A stretch of 53,696 nt of DNA from an uncultured archaeon (GTDB lineage: Archaea > Altiarchaeota > Altiarchaeia > JAFGQM01), in assembly GCA_964619365.1 (NCBI GenBank), contig CAZUDQ010000008.1, forward strand, positions 1 to 53,696. The letters run 5' to 3'. The notes under the pieces are model-generated. The model was not told where the DNA came from. It saw nothing but the letters and a program-made list of their open reading frames with translations, and made no database searches. Position 1 is the stretch's first letter. Every line of letters starts with the position of its first letter. This document shows positions 1-9,618 of the stretch, piece after piece. The translations under genes and the position numbers were made by a program.

Positions 1-2
1 TG

Positions 3-353
3 TCAATAGCAAAAAACGGCCAGGATCCAAGGCATCTTATTCGGGGCGCCGGGAGTTTAATTAAATCAAGGAGAGTTAGTGACAAAGACTTCCAAGAATA
101 TATGGAACTCCATAAAGTCATGCCAAAAGAGTACTCACATGCAGACGTTTTAGAACATGCCTCCAAGGTCAATAAAAAAATCCCAAATAGCGAGATAATA
201 GAATACCAAAGACGGCTTTTAAACGAAGGCCATTTCCCATCAAAAGGGTTAATTGAAAATATGCATAAAATCAAGCTAAAAGACGCTCAGGCGAAGCGAA
301 AGATTCAGAGGGAAAAAAGAAAAATCATTCGCCCTAAACAAAGGAAGCGATAA
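3..353 (+). CDS. Basic hypothetical protein, 5'-truncated by window edge; paralogue of 386..952
   Basis: Frame is open from nt 3 (SIAKNGQDPRHLIRGAGSLIKSRRVSDKDFQEYMELHKVMPKEYSHADVL) and aligns with VSDKDFRGYMELHRVIPKRYSHAEVL of the next ORF. Confidence 0.75.
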   Translation, partial: SIAKNGQDPRHLIRGAGSLIKSRRVSDKDFQEYMELHKVMPKEYSHADVLEHASKVNKKIPNSEIIEYQRRLLNEGHFPSKGLIENMHKIKLKDAQAKRKIQREKRKIIRPKQRKR

Positions 354-385
354 CGGTTTTAATCCTTTAGTACCCAAATTAAACT

Positions 386-952
386 ATGCAAAAAAAGAGT
401 CGCACGCCTGCAAAAACGCATCTTAAGCCAAAACCACTCAGGGAAAGGCATCTTAATCAAATATCCCTCCATTCTAAAAAGCTTTCAAAACAGTTACAAA
501 AATCAGCGTCTACAAAAACACTTAAGCATACGGCAAACGCACTTAGCGCGACTGCAGAAGCTGGACATAATCCAGCTGATCTGGCCAATAAAGCAAGCAA
601 ATTGTTTCAATTAAAAAAAGTCAGTGACAAAGACTTCCGTGGGTACATGGAGCTTCACAGGGTAATTCCCAAAAGGTATTCACATGCAGAAGTATTAGAT
701 AACAGCATAGACATGATAAGGAATCCCAAAAATATTAAAGACTTTAGTGAAACCCCAGTCCCAGTTGTACTAAAGTACCAAAAAACGATTTTAGAAAGGG
801 GTCACCTTCCAACAAAAGAACTTACTGAGCATGCATTGGGCCTTGATACGAATTTCGTCCGAAAACATCCCCCATCCCTTATTGATAAATGGTATCAAGA
901 TAGTCAAAATGGGCGAAAGAAATTAGTTTCTCCAAAAAGGAAACACAAGTAA
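386..952 (+). CDS. Basic hypothetical protein, tandem paralogue of upstream ORF
   Basis: 188-aa ORF with TATA-like TTTTAAT upstream; shared VSDKDF.YMELH...YSHA.VL and YQ..L..GH.P blocks. Confidence 0.75.
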   Translation: MQKKSRTPAKTHLKPKPLRERHLNQISLHSKKLSKQLQKSASTKTLKHTANALSATAEAGHNPADLANKASKLFQLKKVSDKDFRGYMELHRVIPKRYSHAEVLDNSIDMIRNPKNIKDFSETPVPVVLKYQKTILERGHLPTKELTEHALGLDTNFVRKHPPSLIDKWYQDSQNGRKKLVSPKRKHK

Positions 953-1126
953 ACCCTTCTTGCGTTATTTTTATAGGAGTATGCGCAAAATATCCGCTTA
1001 AACCTTATGGGAATAGCATTCTTGGTTCTGATTAATAATATACTTTAGGCCAACTTTCAACTCTAAAAATCTCTTGAGCGATTAAACATGCATAGGAGAT
1101 CACCCTAGCTAATTAGGGAACCTATA

Positions 1127-1753
1127 ATGGACGGAACCCAAAACCACCAAAAAACAGGGACTACAACAGTCGCACTGAAATGTACAGACGGCGTTATTCT
1201 TGCTGCTGACCGCAGGGCAACGATGGGGAATTTTATCTCTAATACAGACGCACGGAAAGTTTTGCAGATAGATGATAACATCGCCGCAACAATCGCAGGG
1301 GGCGTGGGTGATGCACAAAATGTCATGCGCTTACTTTCTGCCGAAGCCAAGCTTTTTCGCATGAACCGCAAAAAGGCAATGACAGTCAAAGCCGCAGCAA
1401 CACTCATGTCAAACATGCTTAATGGAAACCGATACTACCCGTATCTTGTTATGAGTATTGTTGGTGGGGTAGATATCGAGCCAAGGATATTTTCAATTGA
1501 CCCTGTAGGAGGTCTTATGGAAGAGGATTATATCTCAACAGGTTCTGGTTCTCCAATAGCATATGGTGTGCTTGAGAGTGAGTACACTAAGGAAAGACCA
1601 GTTGATGAGATGTTAAAAATCGCGGCAAAGGCTATTAGAGTTGCACAACTCAGAGACTCTGCGTCAGGAAACGGAGTTACCCTGACAGCAATAACAATGA
1701 AAGATGGATTTAAGAAATACTCGGATGCCGAGATAGCAAAAATCCTCATATAA
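1127..1753 (+). CDS. psmB: Proteasome subunit beta
   Basis: Short propeptide then KTG/TTT processing site, AADRRAT, TGSGS, RDSASG; usual neighbour of aCPSF1. Confidence 0.97.
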   Translation: MDGTQNHQKTGTTTVALKCTDGVILAADRRATMGNFISNTDARKVLQIDDNIAATIAGGVGDAQNVMRLLSAEAKLFRMNRKKAMTVKAAATLMSNMLNGNRYYPYLVMSIVGGVDIEPRIFSIDPVGGLMEEDYISTGSGSPIAYGVLESEYTKERPVDEMLKIAAKAIRVAQLRDSASGNGVTLTAITMKDGFKKYSDAEIAKILI

Positions 1754-1797
1754 ATCTATTCTAATATTTTTACCAAACCATTAGTTCGGGAAACATA

Positions 1798-3696
1798 ATG
1801 TCAATGCTAGTAGACATACAGGAACAGGTAAAAGAATTCTTACCTAAAGAAACAAAAGTAACCAACATAACGGCAGAAGGGCCAAAAATAGTTTTGACAA
1901 CAGAGCGCCTTGACCTTTTCATTGACCATCCTGAGATTACAAAGGACCTTGCAAAGCACATAAAAAAGCGAATCCTAATACGCCCAACCGCATCAAGTCT
2001 TTCAGACCCGATAGAGGCCTCGGACATGATTCAGAAGATTGCAGGGGAGGAAAGCGGCATATCAAATATCTATTTTAATCCTTACCAGAAGGAAGTTATG
2101 ATTGAGGCGGCAAAGCTGGGTAATGTCATAGGTCCGTCTGGCGAGAACATAAGAAAGATAATAAAAGCGACAGGATGGACACCGATTCTTGAACGCACAA
2201 CACCAATTAAAAGTAATATTTTAACATCACTTAGAAAGACTCTTTGGGATAAGAAAGTGTGTCGCAGGAGAAAGGATTTCCTTGAAGACCTTGGTGCGCG
2301 CATATACTCTAAAGCAGACTACACCTGCGACTGGATAAGGGTAACTCCAATGGGTGGCGCCTCTCAAGTCGGAAGGTCATGCTTCCTCTTACAGACTCCA
2401 AATACAAATGTTCTTCTTGACTGCGGGATAAACGTTGCGACTTCAGACCCAAAACTCATGTTCCCGGATTTGCGCGCAATGCAGCTTACTATGGACGACC
2501 TTGATGCCGTCATTCTCTCCCACGCGCACCTTGACCATTGTGGATTCATACCTTATCTATACAGATATGGTTTCTCAGGACCGATTTACACGACAAAGCC
2601 GACAAGAGATATCATGGCGCTCCTCCAGCTTGACGCCGTTGAGATTTCTATGAAAGAGGCAAAAGAGCTTCCATATTCTAGTATGGATATCAAAAATGTT
2701 ATCGAGCACGTTGTTCCCTTAGAATATAATGAGGTCGCAGACATAAGCCCGGACATGAGACTTACCCTTTATAACGCAGGACACATATTAGGTTCTTCTG
2801 AAGTTCATCTCCACATCGGAGACAGTCTTTATAACGTACTGTACACAGGTGATATGAAGTTTGGCGAGACGCGCCTACTTAACGCGGCAGACTATTACTT
2901 CCCACGCCTTGAGACGCTTATCATGGAGTCGACATACGGCGGTAAGAAATGTACTCAGCCGAAAAGAAAAGAGGCCGAAGAATTCTTAATAGACACGATA
3001 AAGGAGACTGTAAAGCGTGGCGGAAAGGTTCTTGTTCCGGTCTTTGGTGTTGGACGAAGCCAGGAAGTCCTTGTCACACTTGACGAATACCGGAATGAAA
3101 TAGGTGATATTCCAGTCTATATTGACGGCATGGTTTATGAGGCAACAGCTATCCATACTGCCTACCCAGAATACCTTAAGCGCAGGCTAAACACAATGAT
3201 TCTCAGGGGCGCAAACCCTTTCATGACAAAAAACGTCTCAAAAGTCGATGCCAAGACACGAATCGATCTTGCCGAAAGCAACGAGCCATGTATCATAATA
3301 ACCCCTTCTGGAATGCTTACAGGAGGACCTTCAGTAGAATACTTCAAACGTATGGCTGGAGACGAAAAGAGCACGATAGTCTTTGTAGGATATCAGTCTG
3401 AAGGGTCACTTGGACGCCGTGTCCAAAAAGGATTAAGAGAAGTTGCTATAACAGAGAACGGCAAACCCGTAAATATTGGGGTCAAGATTAATGTTGTGAC
3501 AGTCGAAGGTTTCTCAGGTCACGCAGACCGCAGACAGCTTATGGGATATGTCAAGCGACTTCACCCAAGGCCAGAGCGCATACTTTGTGTGCACGGTGAA
3601 GCGAAGAAGTGTATGGATCTTGCAAAAAGCATCAATAAGACCTTCCACATAGAGACAAGAGTACCACAGAACCTTGATACGATTCGCCTTTTGTAA
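1798..3696 (+). CDS. fttA: Beta-CASP ribonuclease aCPSF1 / transcription termination factor FttA
   Basis: N-terminal KH domains (VIGPSG), MBL motif SHAHLDH, AGHILGS, ESTYG, FSGHAD, VHGE. Confidence 0.95.
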   Translation: MSMLVDIQEQVKEFLPKETKVTNITAEGPKIVLTTERLDLFIDHPEITKDLAKHIKKRILIRPTASSLSDPIEASDMIQKIAGEESGISNIYFNPYQKEVMIEAAKLGNVIGPSGENIRKIIKATGWTPILERTTPIKSNILTSLRKTLWDKKVCRRRKDFLEDLGARIYSKADYTCDWIRVTPMGGASQVGRSCFLLQTPNTNVLLDCGINVATSDPKLMFPDLRAMQLTMDDLDAVILSHAHLDHCGFIPYLYRYGFSGPIYTTKPTRDIMALLQLDAVEISMKEAKELPYSSMDIKNVIEHVVPLEYNEVADISPDMRLTLYNAGHILGSSEVHLHIGDSLYNVLYTGDMKFGETRLLNAADYYFPRLETLIMESTYGGKKCTQPKRKEAEEFLIDTIKETVKRGGKVLVPVFGVGRSQEVLVTLDEYRNEIGDIPVYIDGMVYEATAIHTAYPEYLKRRLNTMILRGANPFMTKNVSKVDAKTRIDLAESNEPCIIITPSGMLTGGPSVEYFKRMAGDEKSTIVFVGYQSEGSLGRRVQKGLREVAITENGKPVNIGVKINVVTVEGFSGHADRRQLMGYVKRLHPRPERILCVHGEAKKCMDLAKSINKTFHIETRVPQNLDTIRLL

Positions 3697-3750
3697 ACCA
3701 GTATCCGGCGCATTTTTCTTTTTTTGCACATATACATAAATTAGGCAATA

Positions 3751-4848
3751 ATGGAAATTGATCCCTGGAAAGCAGGCGCTATAACAGATTACGCAAGACT
3801 TTTCTCCCAGTTTGGGATTTCCCCAATGGAGCCTTTTAAGAAAAAATATTCTGATAATAGATACATCAGGCGAAATATCATTTTTGGGCACAGGGATTTT
3901 GGACGAATTGATTCTGCGATAACTGCCAAGAAACCTTTTATAATGATGACAGGGCTTATGCCCTCAGGAAGGTTTCATTTCGGCCACAAGATGGTGGCTG
4001 ATGAGATAATCTGGTTGCAGGAAAACGGCGCACATACTTACATTGCCGCAGCGGACATCGAGTCACTCATAATGCGCGGGGTTTCTACAAAAGACGCAAA
4101 AAAGATTGCAGTCGAAGAATACCTGACAAACTATATAGCACTAGGCCTTGACCCGGAAAAACTCAATTTCTGGTTCCAGTCAGCATATAAGATTCCATAC
4201 TATCGGCTTGCTGATGAAGCGTCTGCTAAGGTTACATTAAACGAGCTTAAGGCAATATATGGCACAATAAGTCCCGGAAAGATGACATCTGTCATGAAAC
4301 AAGTTGCCGATATTCTTCATACCCAGCTTCCAGACTTTGATGGTAAAATGGCATCAATTGTCCCGGTGGGAGCTGATCAGGATCCACACATCAGATTAAC
4401 ACGCGATATCGCCGCGCGCTTTAAGGGAACCTACGATTTCATATCGCCTTCAGCCACATTCCACAGATTCATGGAAGGCCTTCAGGGTGGAAAGATGTCT
4501 TCATCCGACCCAAAAAGCCACATTGCACTTTTAGAAGACCCAAGTTCTGCTAAGAAAAAAATTATGTCCTGCACAACAGGGGGACGCCCCACTCTTGAAG
4601 AGCAAAAGAAGCTTGGCGGAAAACCTGATGAATGCTCGGCGTATAAATTCATGTTATATCATCTTGAAGATGATGACAAGAAGCTTGCAAAATGGCGCGA
4701 AGAATGCGAGTGTGGCGTGCGACGTTGCGGAGACTGTAAGAAAGAATGCGCCGAGGCTCTTGAAAAGTTCCTGCTCGCGCATCAGGAAAAAGCAAAAGAA
4801 GCCCGCGAGATAGCAAAAAATATCGCCGAAGAATCAATTGTAAACTAA
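3751..4848 (+). CDS. trpS: Tryptophan--tRNA ligase
   Basis: PSGRFHFGH (HIGH), VGADQDPH, KMSSS. Confidence 0.95.
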   Translation: MEIDPWKAGAITDYARLFSQFGISPMEPFKKKYSDNRYIRRNIIFGHRDFGRIDSAITAKKPFIMMTGLMPSGRFHFGHKMVADEIIWLQENGAHTYIAAADIESLIMRGVSTKDAKKIAVEEYLTNYIALGLDPEKLNFWFQSAYKIPYYRLADEASAKVTLNELKAIYGTISPGKMTSVMKQVADILHTQLPDFDGKMASIVPVGADQDPHIRLTRDIAARFKGTYDFISPSATFHRFMEGLQGGKMSSSDPKSHIALLEDPSSAKKKIMSCTTGGRPTLEEQKKLGGKPDECSAYKFMLYHLEDDDKKLAKWREECECGVRRCGDCKKECAEALEKFLLAHQEKAKEAREIAKNIAEESIVN

Positions 4849-4858
4849 AAAATTTAAA

Positions 4859-5542
4859 ATGAGAATAGTCTTTGCCCTTGGCGGCTCGATTGTCGTTCCG
4901 GATAATGTAGATACCGAGTTTGTTTCAAATTTTGCAGAGTTTGCAAAAGGTCTTTTGGCAGAGAATCAGCTTGCAATAATCGTAGGTGGCGGAAAGAATG
5001 CAAGGCGCGCAATAGAACTACTAAAAAAGCATGGGGCAAATGATGTTGACTGCGACTATGCAGGAATTGACGCCTCGCGTGAAAACGCACAGACTATTGC
5101 AAATGCAATGGGTGTCCCTTCACCCGCACTCGGTACCCTTAAACCTGCAAAGAGGTTCTTTGACGAGAACGGAATTGTAATAATGGGTGGGACTGAACCA
5201 GGACACTCAACTGATGCTGTTGCAGCGCTTCTTGCAGAGTACATTGGAGCCGACCTTTTGATAAAAACAACTGACGTTAAAGGTATATATGATTCTGACC
5301 CAGCCAAGAACAAATCAGCAAAACTACTAAAAGAATTGAGTGTTGCCGAACTTGAAAAGATGGTAAGCAGTCTTTCGCAGGGTGCCGGCAACTACAGGCT
5401 TTTTGACCTCCTTGCAGTAAAGATTCTTGAACGCTCAGGCACAAAATGCATTGCCCTTGACGGCCACGATTTAAAAAATATGAAAGCGGCAATCCAAGGC
5501 AAGTCATTTGTCGGAACGACAATAATCCCTGTAAAAAAATAG
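4859..5542 (+). CDS. pyrH: Uridylate kinase (archaeal type)
   Basis: LGGS, VGGGKNAR, MGGTEPGHSTDAVAA, DVKGIYDSDP. Confidence 0.93.
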   Translation: MRIVFALGGSIVVPDNVDTEFVSNFAEFAKGLLAENQLAIIVGGGKNARRAIELLKKHGANDVDCDYAGIDASRENAQTIANAMGVPSPALGTLKPAKRFFDENGIVIMGGTEPGHSTDAVAALLAEYIGADLLIKTTDVKGIYDSDPAKNKSAKLLKELSVAELEKMVSSLSQGAGNYRLFDLLAVKILERSGTKCIALDGHDLKNMKAAIQGKSFVGTTIIPVKK

Positions 5543-5553
5543 CTTCCATTAGA

Positions 5554-5817
5554 ATGTCTTCTTTTTCTGAAAGCGTCTACGAAGTCGTTTCAAAAATCCC
5601 GGCGGGTACGACCATGACTTATAAGGAAGTAGCAGTTGTCGCAGGCTCCCCCAAAGCATGTCGGGCTGTCGGAAACATACTTAACAAGAATAAGAATCCT
5701 GGATGCAGGCCAGGTCAGATACCATGCCACAGGGTCATTAGAAGTGATGGAAAAACCGGCGGGTACGCATTTGGTTCTGAAACAAAAGAGAAAATGTTAA
5801 AAGAGGAAGCCAAATAA
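5554..5817 (+). CDS. ogt: O6-methylguanine-DNA methyltransferase (C-terminal domain only)
   Basis: IPAG..TY.EVA, RAVG, active-site PCHRV. Confidence 0.88.
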   Translation: MSSFSESVYEVVSKIPAGTTMTYKEVAVVAGSPKACRAVGNILNKNKNPGCRPGQIPCHRVIRSDGKTGGYAFGSETKEKMLKEEAK

Positions 5818-5863
5818 GACTCAAGTGACCCATTTTTATCTCCAGAGCTGAAAATAAGCGACA

Positions 5864-7561
5864 ATGAACGGAGCCGAGGCCCTTATCAGGGGTATGGAAA
5901 AAGAAGACGTTAAGGAAATCTTTGGTATTCTTGGTGGTTCTATAATGGATGTTTATGACGTTTTATACGACAAAACAAACATTAAACATATTACATGCAG
6001 GCATGAGCAGGTCGCAATCTTTGCTTCAGCAGGATACGCTCAAGCAAGTGGGAAGACAGGTACATGTATGGCAACCTCAGGTCCCGGGGCATGTAACCTT
6101 GTCACAGGTATCGCAGATGCTCAGTTTGATTCACGCCCGGTTGTTGCAATCACAGGCCAAGTCGCATCAACAGCAATAGGAAATGATTCTTTTCAAGAGG
6201 CCGATATGGTTGGGATAACAATGCCCATAACAAAACATAACTATTTTCTTAAAGATCCAAATGATGTCCCAAGAGTTGTTAAAGAAGCCTATTATATAGC
6301 AAGTTCTGGACGTCCAGGTCCTGTTATTATAGATTTCCCAAGTGATATCCAAAAGGCGAAATGTACTGCAGAATTCCCAAAGAAAGTTTCGCTTGAAGGA
6401 TACAATCCAGTTTATAAGCCCCATCAAAAGCAGATAAGCTCAGCAATAAAGGAGCTTATGAATGCAAAATGCCCCCTTATTCTTGCAGGCGGCGGCGTTA
6501 TAATATCAAATGCATCACCCGAACTAAAAAAATTCGCAGAACTTATGGCAATTCCTGTCAGCACAACTTCAATGGGCAAGGGATGCCTTCCTGAAGACCA
6601 CCCACTTGCTTTGGGCATGGTTGGTATGCATGGAAATAAGTGGACGAATATTGCAATACAGGAAGCCGATGTCATTCTTGCCATAGGGATACGATTCAGT
6701 GACAGGATAACTGGAAACCTCAAGCACTTTGCGCCGAATGCAAAGATGATTCATGCTGATATCGACCCAAGTGAAATAGGAAAAAATGTTCCTGTTGATA
6801 TACCAATTGTCGGTGATGCAAAAGAAGTCTTAGCGGCATTATACCAAACAGCAGCTATTGCGGCAAAGGCAGAAAACGAACGTGCAAACAAGCATACTGA
6901 GTGGGGCAACAAAATGGCTGCACTTAAGAAAGAGTTTAAACAAGAAATGGATTATGACAATGTTCCCATCAAACCGCAAAAGATAATCCATGAAGTTCAA
7001 AAGATAATCGATGCGGACCCGAAGAATACCATTCTTACAACAGAAGTCGGAAGAAACCAGCTTTGGACCATGCATTATATGAACATAAGGTCTCCCAGGA
7101 ATTGGATAACTTCAGGCGGTCTTGGTTGCATGGGGGCAGGATTCCCACTTGCCATTGGTGCCCGAATAGCACGCCCAGAAGCAAATGTTCTTAACATGGC
7201 AGGCGATGGCTCTTTCCAGATGACAATGCAGGATTTGTCAACATGCATGGCAAATGACGCGCCAGTCGTTAACGTAATCTTTAATGATGAGTCCTTAGGA
7301 AATGTTCGCATGTGGCAAAAGCTCTTCTTTGACGGACGTTACTCTGAAACTGACCTTACACATAACCCAGATTTTGAGAAAATAGCAGAAGCTTATGGTG
7401 CGTGGGGTAAGAAAATTGAGCGGCCAGGAGAAATTGGCGACGCCTTAAAAGAGGCCATAGCATCTGGAAAAGCAGCAATACTTGACATAAGAGTTGACCG
7501 CGATGAGTGTGTTTTCCCAATGTGCCCACCTGGAGGAATAATCCACGAAATGATAGATTAA
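5864..7561 (+). CDS. ilvB: Acetolactate synthase large subunit
   Basis: RHEQ, TSGPGA, GMVGMHG, RFSDR, ThDP motif GDGSF...N. Confidence 0.95.
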   Translation: MNGAEALIRGMEKEDVKEIFGILGGSIMDVYDVLYDKTNIKHITCRHEQVAIFASAGYAQASGKTGTCMATSGPGACNLVTGIADAQFDSRPVVAITGQVASTAIGNDSFQEADMVGITMPITKHNYFLKDPNDVPRVVKEAYYIASSGRPGPVIIDFPSDIQKAKCTAEFPKKVSLEGYNPVYKPHQKQISSAIKELMNAKCPLILAGGGVIISNASPELKKFAELMAIPVSTTSMGKGCLPEDHPLALGMVGMHGNKWTNIAIQEADVILAIGIRFSDRITGNLKHFAPNAKMIHADIDPSEIGKNVPVDIPIVGDAKEVLAALYQTAAIAAKAENERANKHTEWGNKMAALKKEFKQEMDYDNVPIKPQKIIHEVQKIIDADPKNTILTTEVGRNQLWTMHYMNIRSPRNWITSGGLGCMGAGFPLAIGARIARPEANVLNMAGDGSFQMTMQDLSTCMANDAPVVNVIFNDESLGNVRMWQKLFFDGRYSETDLTHNPDFEKIAEAYGAWGKKIERPGEIGDALKEAIASGKAAILDIRVDRDECVFPMCPPGGIIHEMID

Positions 7562-7567
7562 TCAAAA

Positions 7568-8095
7568 ATGGACACAAATAACAATCAAGAACTTCATCAC
7601 ATAACGGCTATTGTCGAAAACAGGCCAGGGGTTATGCAACGCGTTGCAAGCATGTTTTCAAGACGCGGATTTAATATGGACAATCTCTCTGTCGGCCCGA
7701 CAGACGACCCAAAATACTCCCGCATGACAATAACAGTCAAAGGCGATCCTAGTATCCTTGAGCAAGTTGTTAAGCAGTTAAACAAGCTTATACCTATCAT
7801 AAAGGTTAGGGAATTGCCCCTTTTTGAAAGTATTGAACGCGAGTTGGGCCTAATTAAAGTCAAGGCGCAAAAACCTGAAGCCAGAAATGAGATAACCCAA
7901 TACGTTGAAGTCTACCATGGGACTATTGTTGATGTCACACAGGATTCAATGATAATCGAAGTTACAGGCGACCCCGAAAAGCTCAATTCATTTGTTAAGC
8001 TTATGGCCCCATACGGCATTCGCGAAATAGCAAGAACCGGTGTTACTGCGATGCACAGAGGACAAAAAGCAGCAAGTGATTCTGTAAAGCAATAA
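7568..8095 (+). CDS. ilvH: Acetolactate synthase small (regulatory) subunit
   Basis: ACT motif VENRPGV..RV..MFSRRGFN, KQLNKL, EIARTG; adjacent to ilvB. Confidence 0.95.
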   Translation: MDTNNNQELHHITAIVENRPGVMQRVASMFSRRGFNMDNLSVGPTDDPKYSRMTITVKGDPSILEQVVKQLNKLIPIIKVRELPLFESIERELGLIKVKAQKPEARNEITQYVEVYHGTIVDVTQDSMIIEVTGDPEKLNSFVKLMAPYGIREIARTGVTAMHRGQKAASDSVKQ

Positions 8096-8101
8096 ATCCT
8101 A

Positions 8102-9520
8102 TTATTCTGAGATATCCTTTGCCATATCCCCCGGCGCGCTATTGCCCGATTCCTGGAGATAGAACTCGTTTATTGCGGCAAGGACGCTATTGTAGTCAAG
8201 AATTTCATTTTGGACAAGATTCCTCAGCACTTCTCGTCTTTTGCTCATTTCCAAAACAAGTTTTTTCTTTGGCATTATGAGTTTTCTTGCAAGTTTGTCA
8301 AGATAGGCCGCACCGGTTGCTGTCCCTTTACCACCTTCCTCAACCTTGCCCCAGGTAAAGACTTCGCCTAACAAAATGTTGTCGCCTTCAACCCCACCAA
8401 TGCTCGATACTTCAGTAATCCTTCTTACCGGACATCCACCAACATTGAATATGCTGCATACAACAATAAGGTCAAGGTTTGAGACAATAGCAGTAGGAAC
8501 GCCCATGGGCGGACTCTTAAGCTTCCTTATTATGTCTCTTCCGCTGTTTCCGTGGATTGTTCCCATGCTGCTGTGCCCGACATTCATGGCATCAAAAATT
8601 GAAAGCGCCTCTTCGCCGCGTATCTCACCAACAACAATCCTTGTCGGCCTCATGCGGAGTGTGTTTTTGACAAGGTCTTTCATGGAATAGCCCTCTTGAA
8701 CAACAAGAGGCACCCAATTGCTTCTCCCAGATAGTCTTATCTCAGGAGTATCCTCTATTGTAATTACCCTGTTCTCTGGTGGTGAAAGCATCAAAAGAGC
8801 GTTTAAAAGTGCGGTTTTCCCTGAACCTATCATCCCCCCGATAACAATATTTGCAGGTGCAATTCCCATTCCGTCTACAGAAAGCCAAAGCATCGCCGCA
8901 AGATCCAGGTCAAGAGTTCCCGCATCAATAAGCTGGGTTATTGTCAACATATCCGTCTTTTGCTTTCTTATAGTTATCGTAGGTCCGTGTATTGCAACGG
9001 GGTCTGTTGTGATATTGACGCGACTGCCATCAATTGTCGAAAGGTCGATAATCGGTGCAATCTCCTTTTCATGAAGCCAGCAGATTTTGTTTATTATCTT
9101 AAAGATTTCCTCTTTTTTGTGAAATACAAGATTTGTTGAGCACATGCCATATTTTTTGTGGAAGACATAGACTGGCAAATTTGTGCCGTTTACCATAATC
9201 TCTTCAAGGTCATAATCCCCCATTAAGCGTGAGAGCTCGCCATATCCCATAACGCGGTTTACAATTTCAGCAAGAACCGCTTCCCTATTCTGGGTCTCCG
9301 GGATTTTTCTTTTGAAGTATTCATAAAGCGCGCGCCTTCGTATTGCGATATCAGGTTCCTTTCTGATTCCTTCAAGCTCAACCTGCGTAAATGTCCGCTC
9401 AGCACTTCCAAGAATCTTTTTTTCTTCCTCGTTGAATTCAAAAGGCTCTATTAGGTATTTGTAAGTACCATCTTCATTCAAATCGATTTTTGCCGTGCCG
9501 TAGGCGCTCCCAGATTCCAT
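8102..9520 (-). CDS. CpaF/VirB11-family type IV pilus/secretion ATPase
   Basis: EEIMVNG, TIRK, Walker A GMIGSGKT, IEDTPE, LRMRP..IVVGEIRG, GH...TIHG. Confidence 0.9.
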   Translation of the reverse strand: MESGSAYGTAKIDLNEDGTYKYLIEPFEFNEEEKKILGSAERTFTQVELEGIRKEPDIAIRRRALYEYFKRKIPETQNREAVLAEIVNRVMGYGELSRLMGDYDLEEIMVNGTNLPVYVFHKKYGMCSTNLVFHKKEEIFKIINKICWLHEKEIAPIIDLSTIDGSRVNITTDPVAIHGPTITIRKQKTDMLTITQLIDAGTLDLDLAAMLWLSVDGMGIAPANIVIGGMIGSGKTALLNALLMLSPPENRVITIEDTPEIRLSGRSNWVPLVVQEGYSMKDLVKNTLRMRPTRIVVGEIRGEEALSIFDAMNVGHSSMGTIHGNSGRDIIRKLKSPPMGVPTAIVSNLDLIVVCSIFNVGGCPVRRITEVSSIGGVEGDNILLGEVFTWGKVEEGGKGTATGAAYLDKLARKLIMPKKKLVLEMSKRREVLRNLVQNEILDYNSVLAAINEFYLQESGNSAPGDMAKDISE

Positions 9521-9618
9521 TTGTGTTTATATTTTTTCCGTCCAGTCGGTTTTTTATTAGTCTCGCACTTAAATCTACCAAATAGCGAATAAAAACGCCA
9601 AAACAACGTCTTTTCAAG

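Noticed and set aside
973-1000. SD-led micro-ORF (AGGAGT-ATG, MRKISA) upstream of psmB
   Set aside because: Only 6 codons, the SD abuts the ATG, and it lies upstream of the likely psmB TATA
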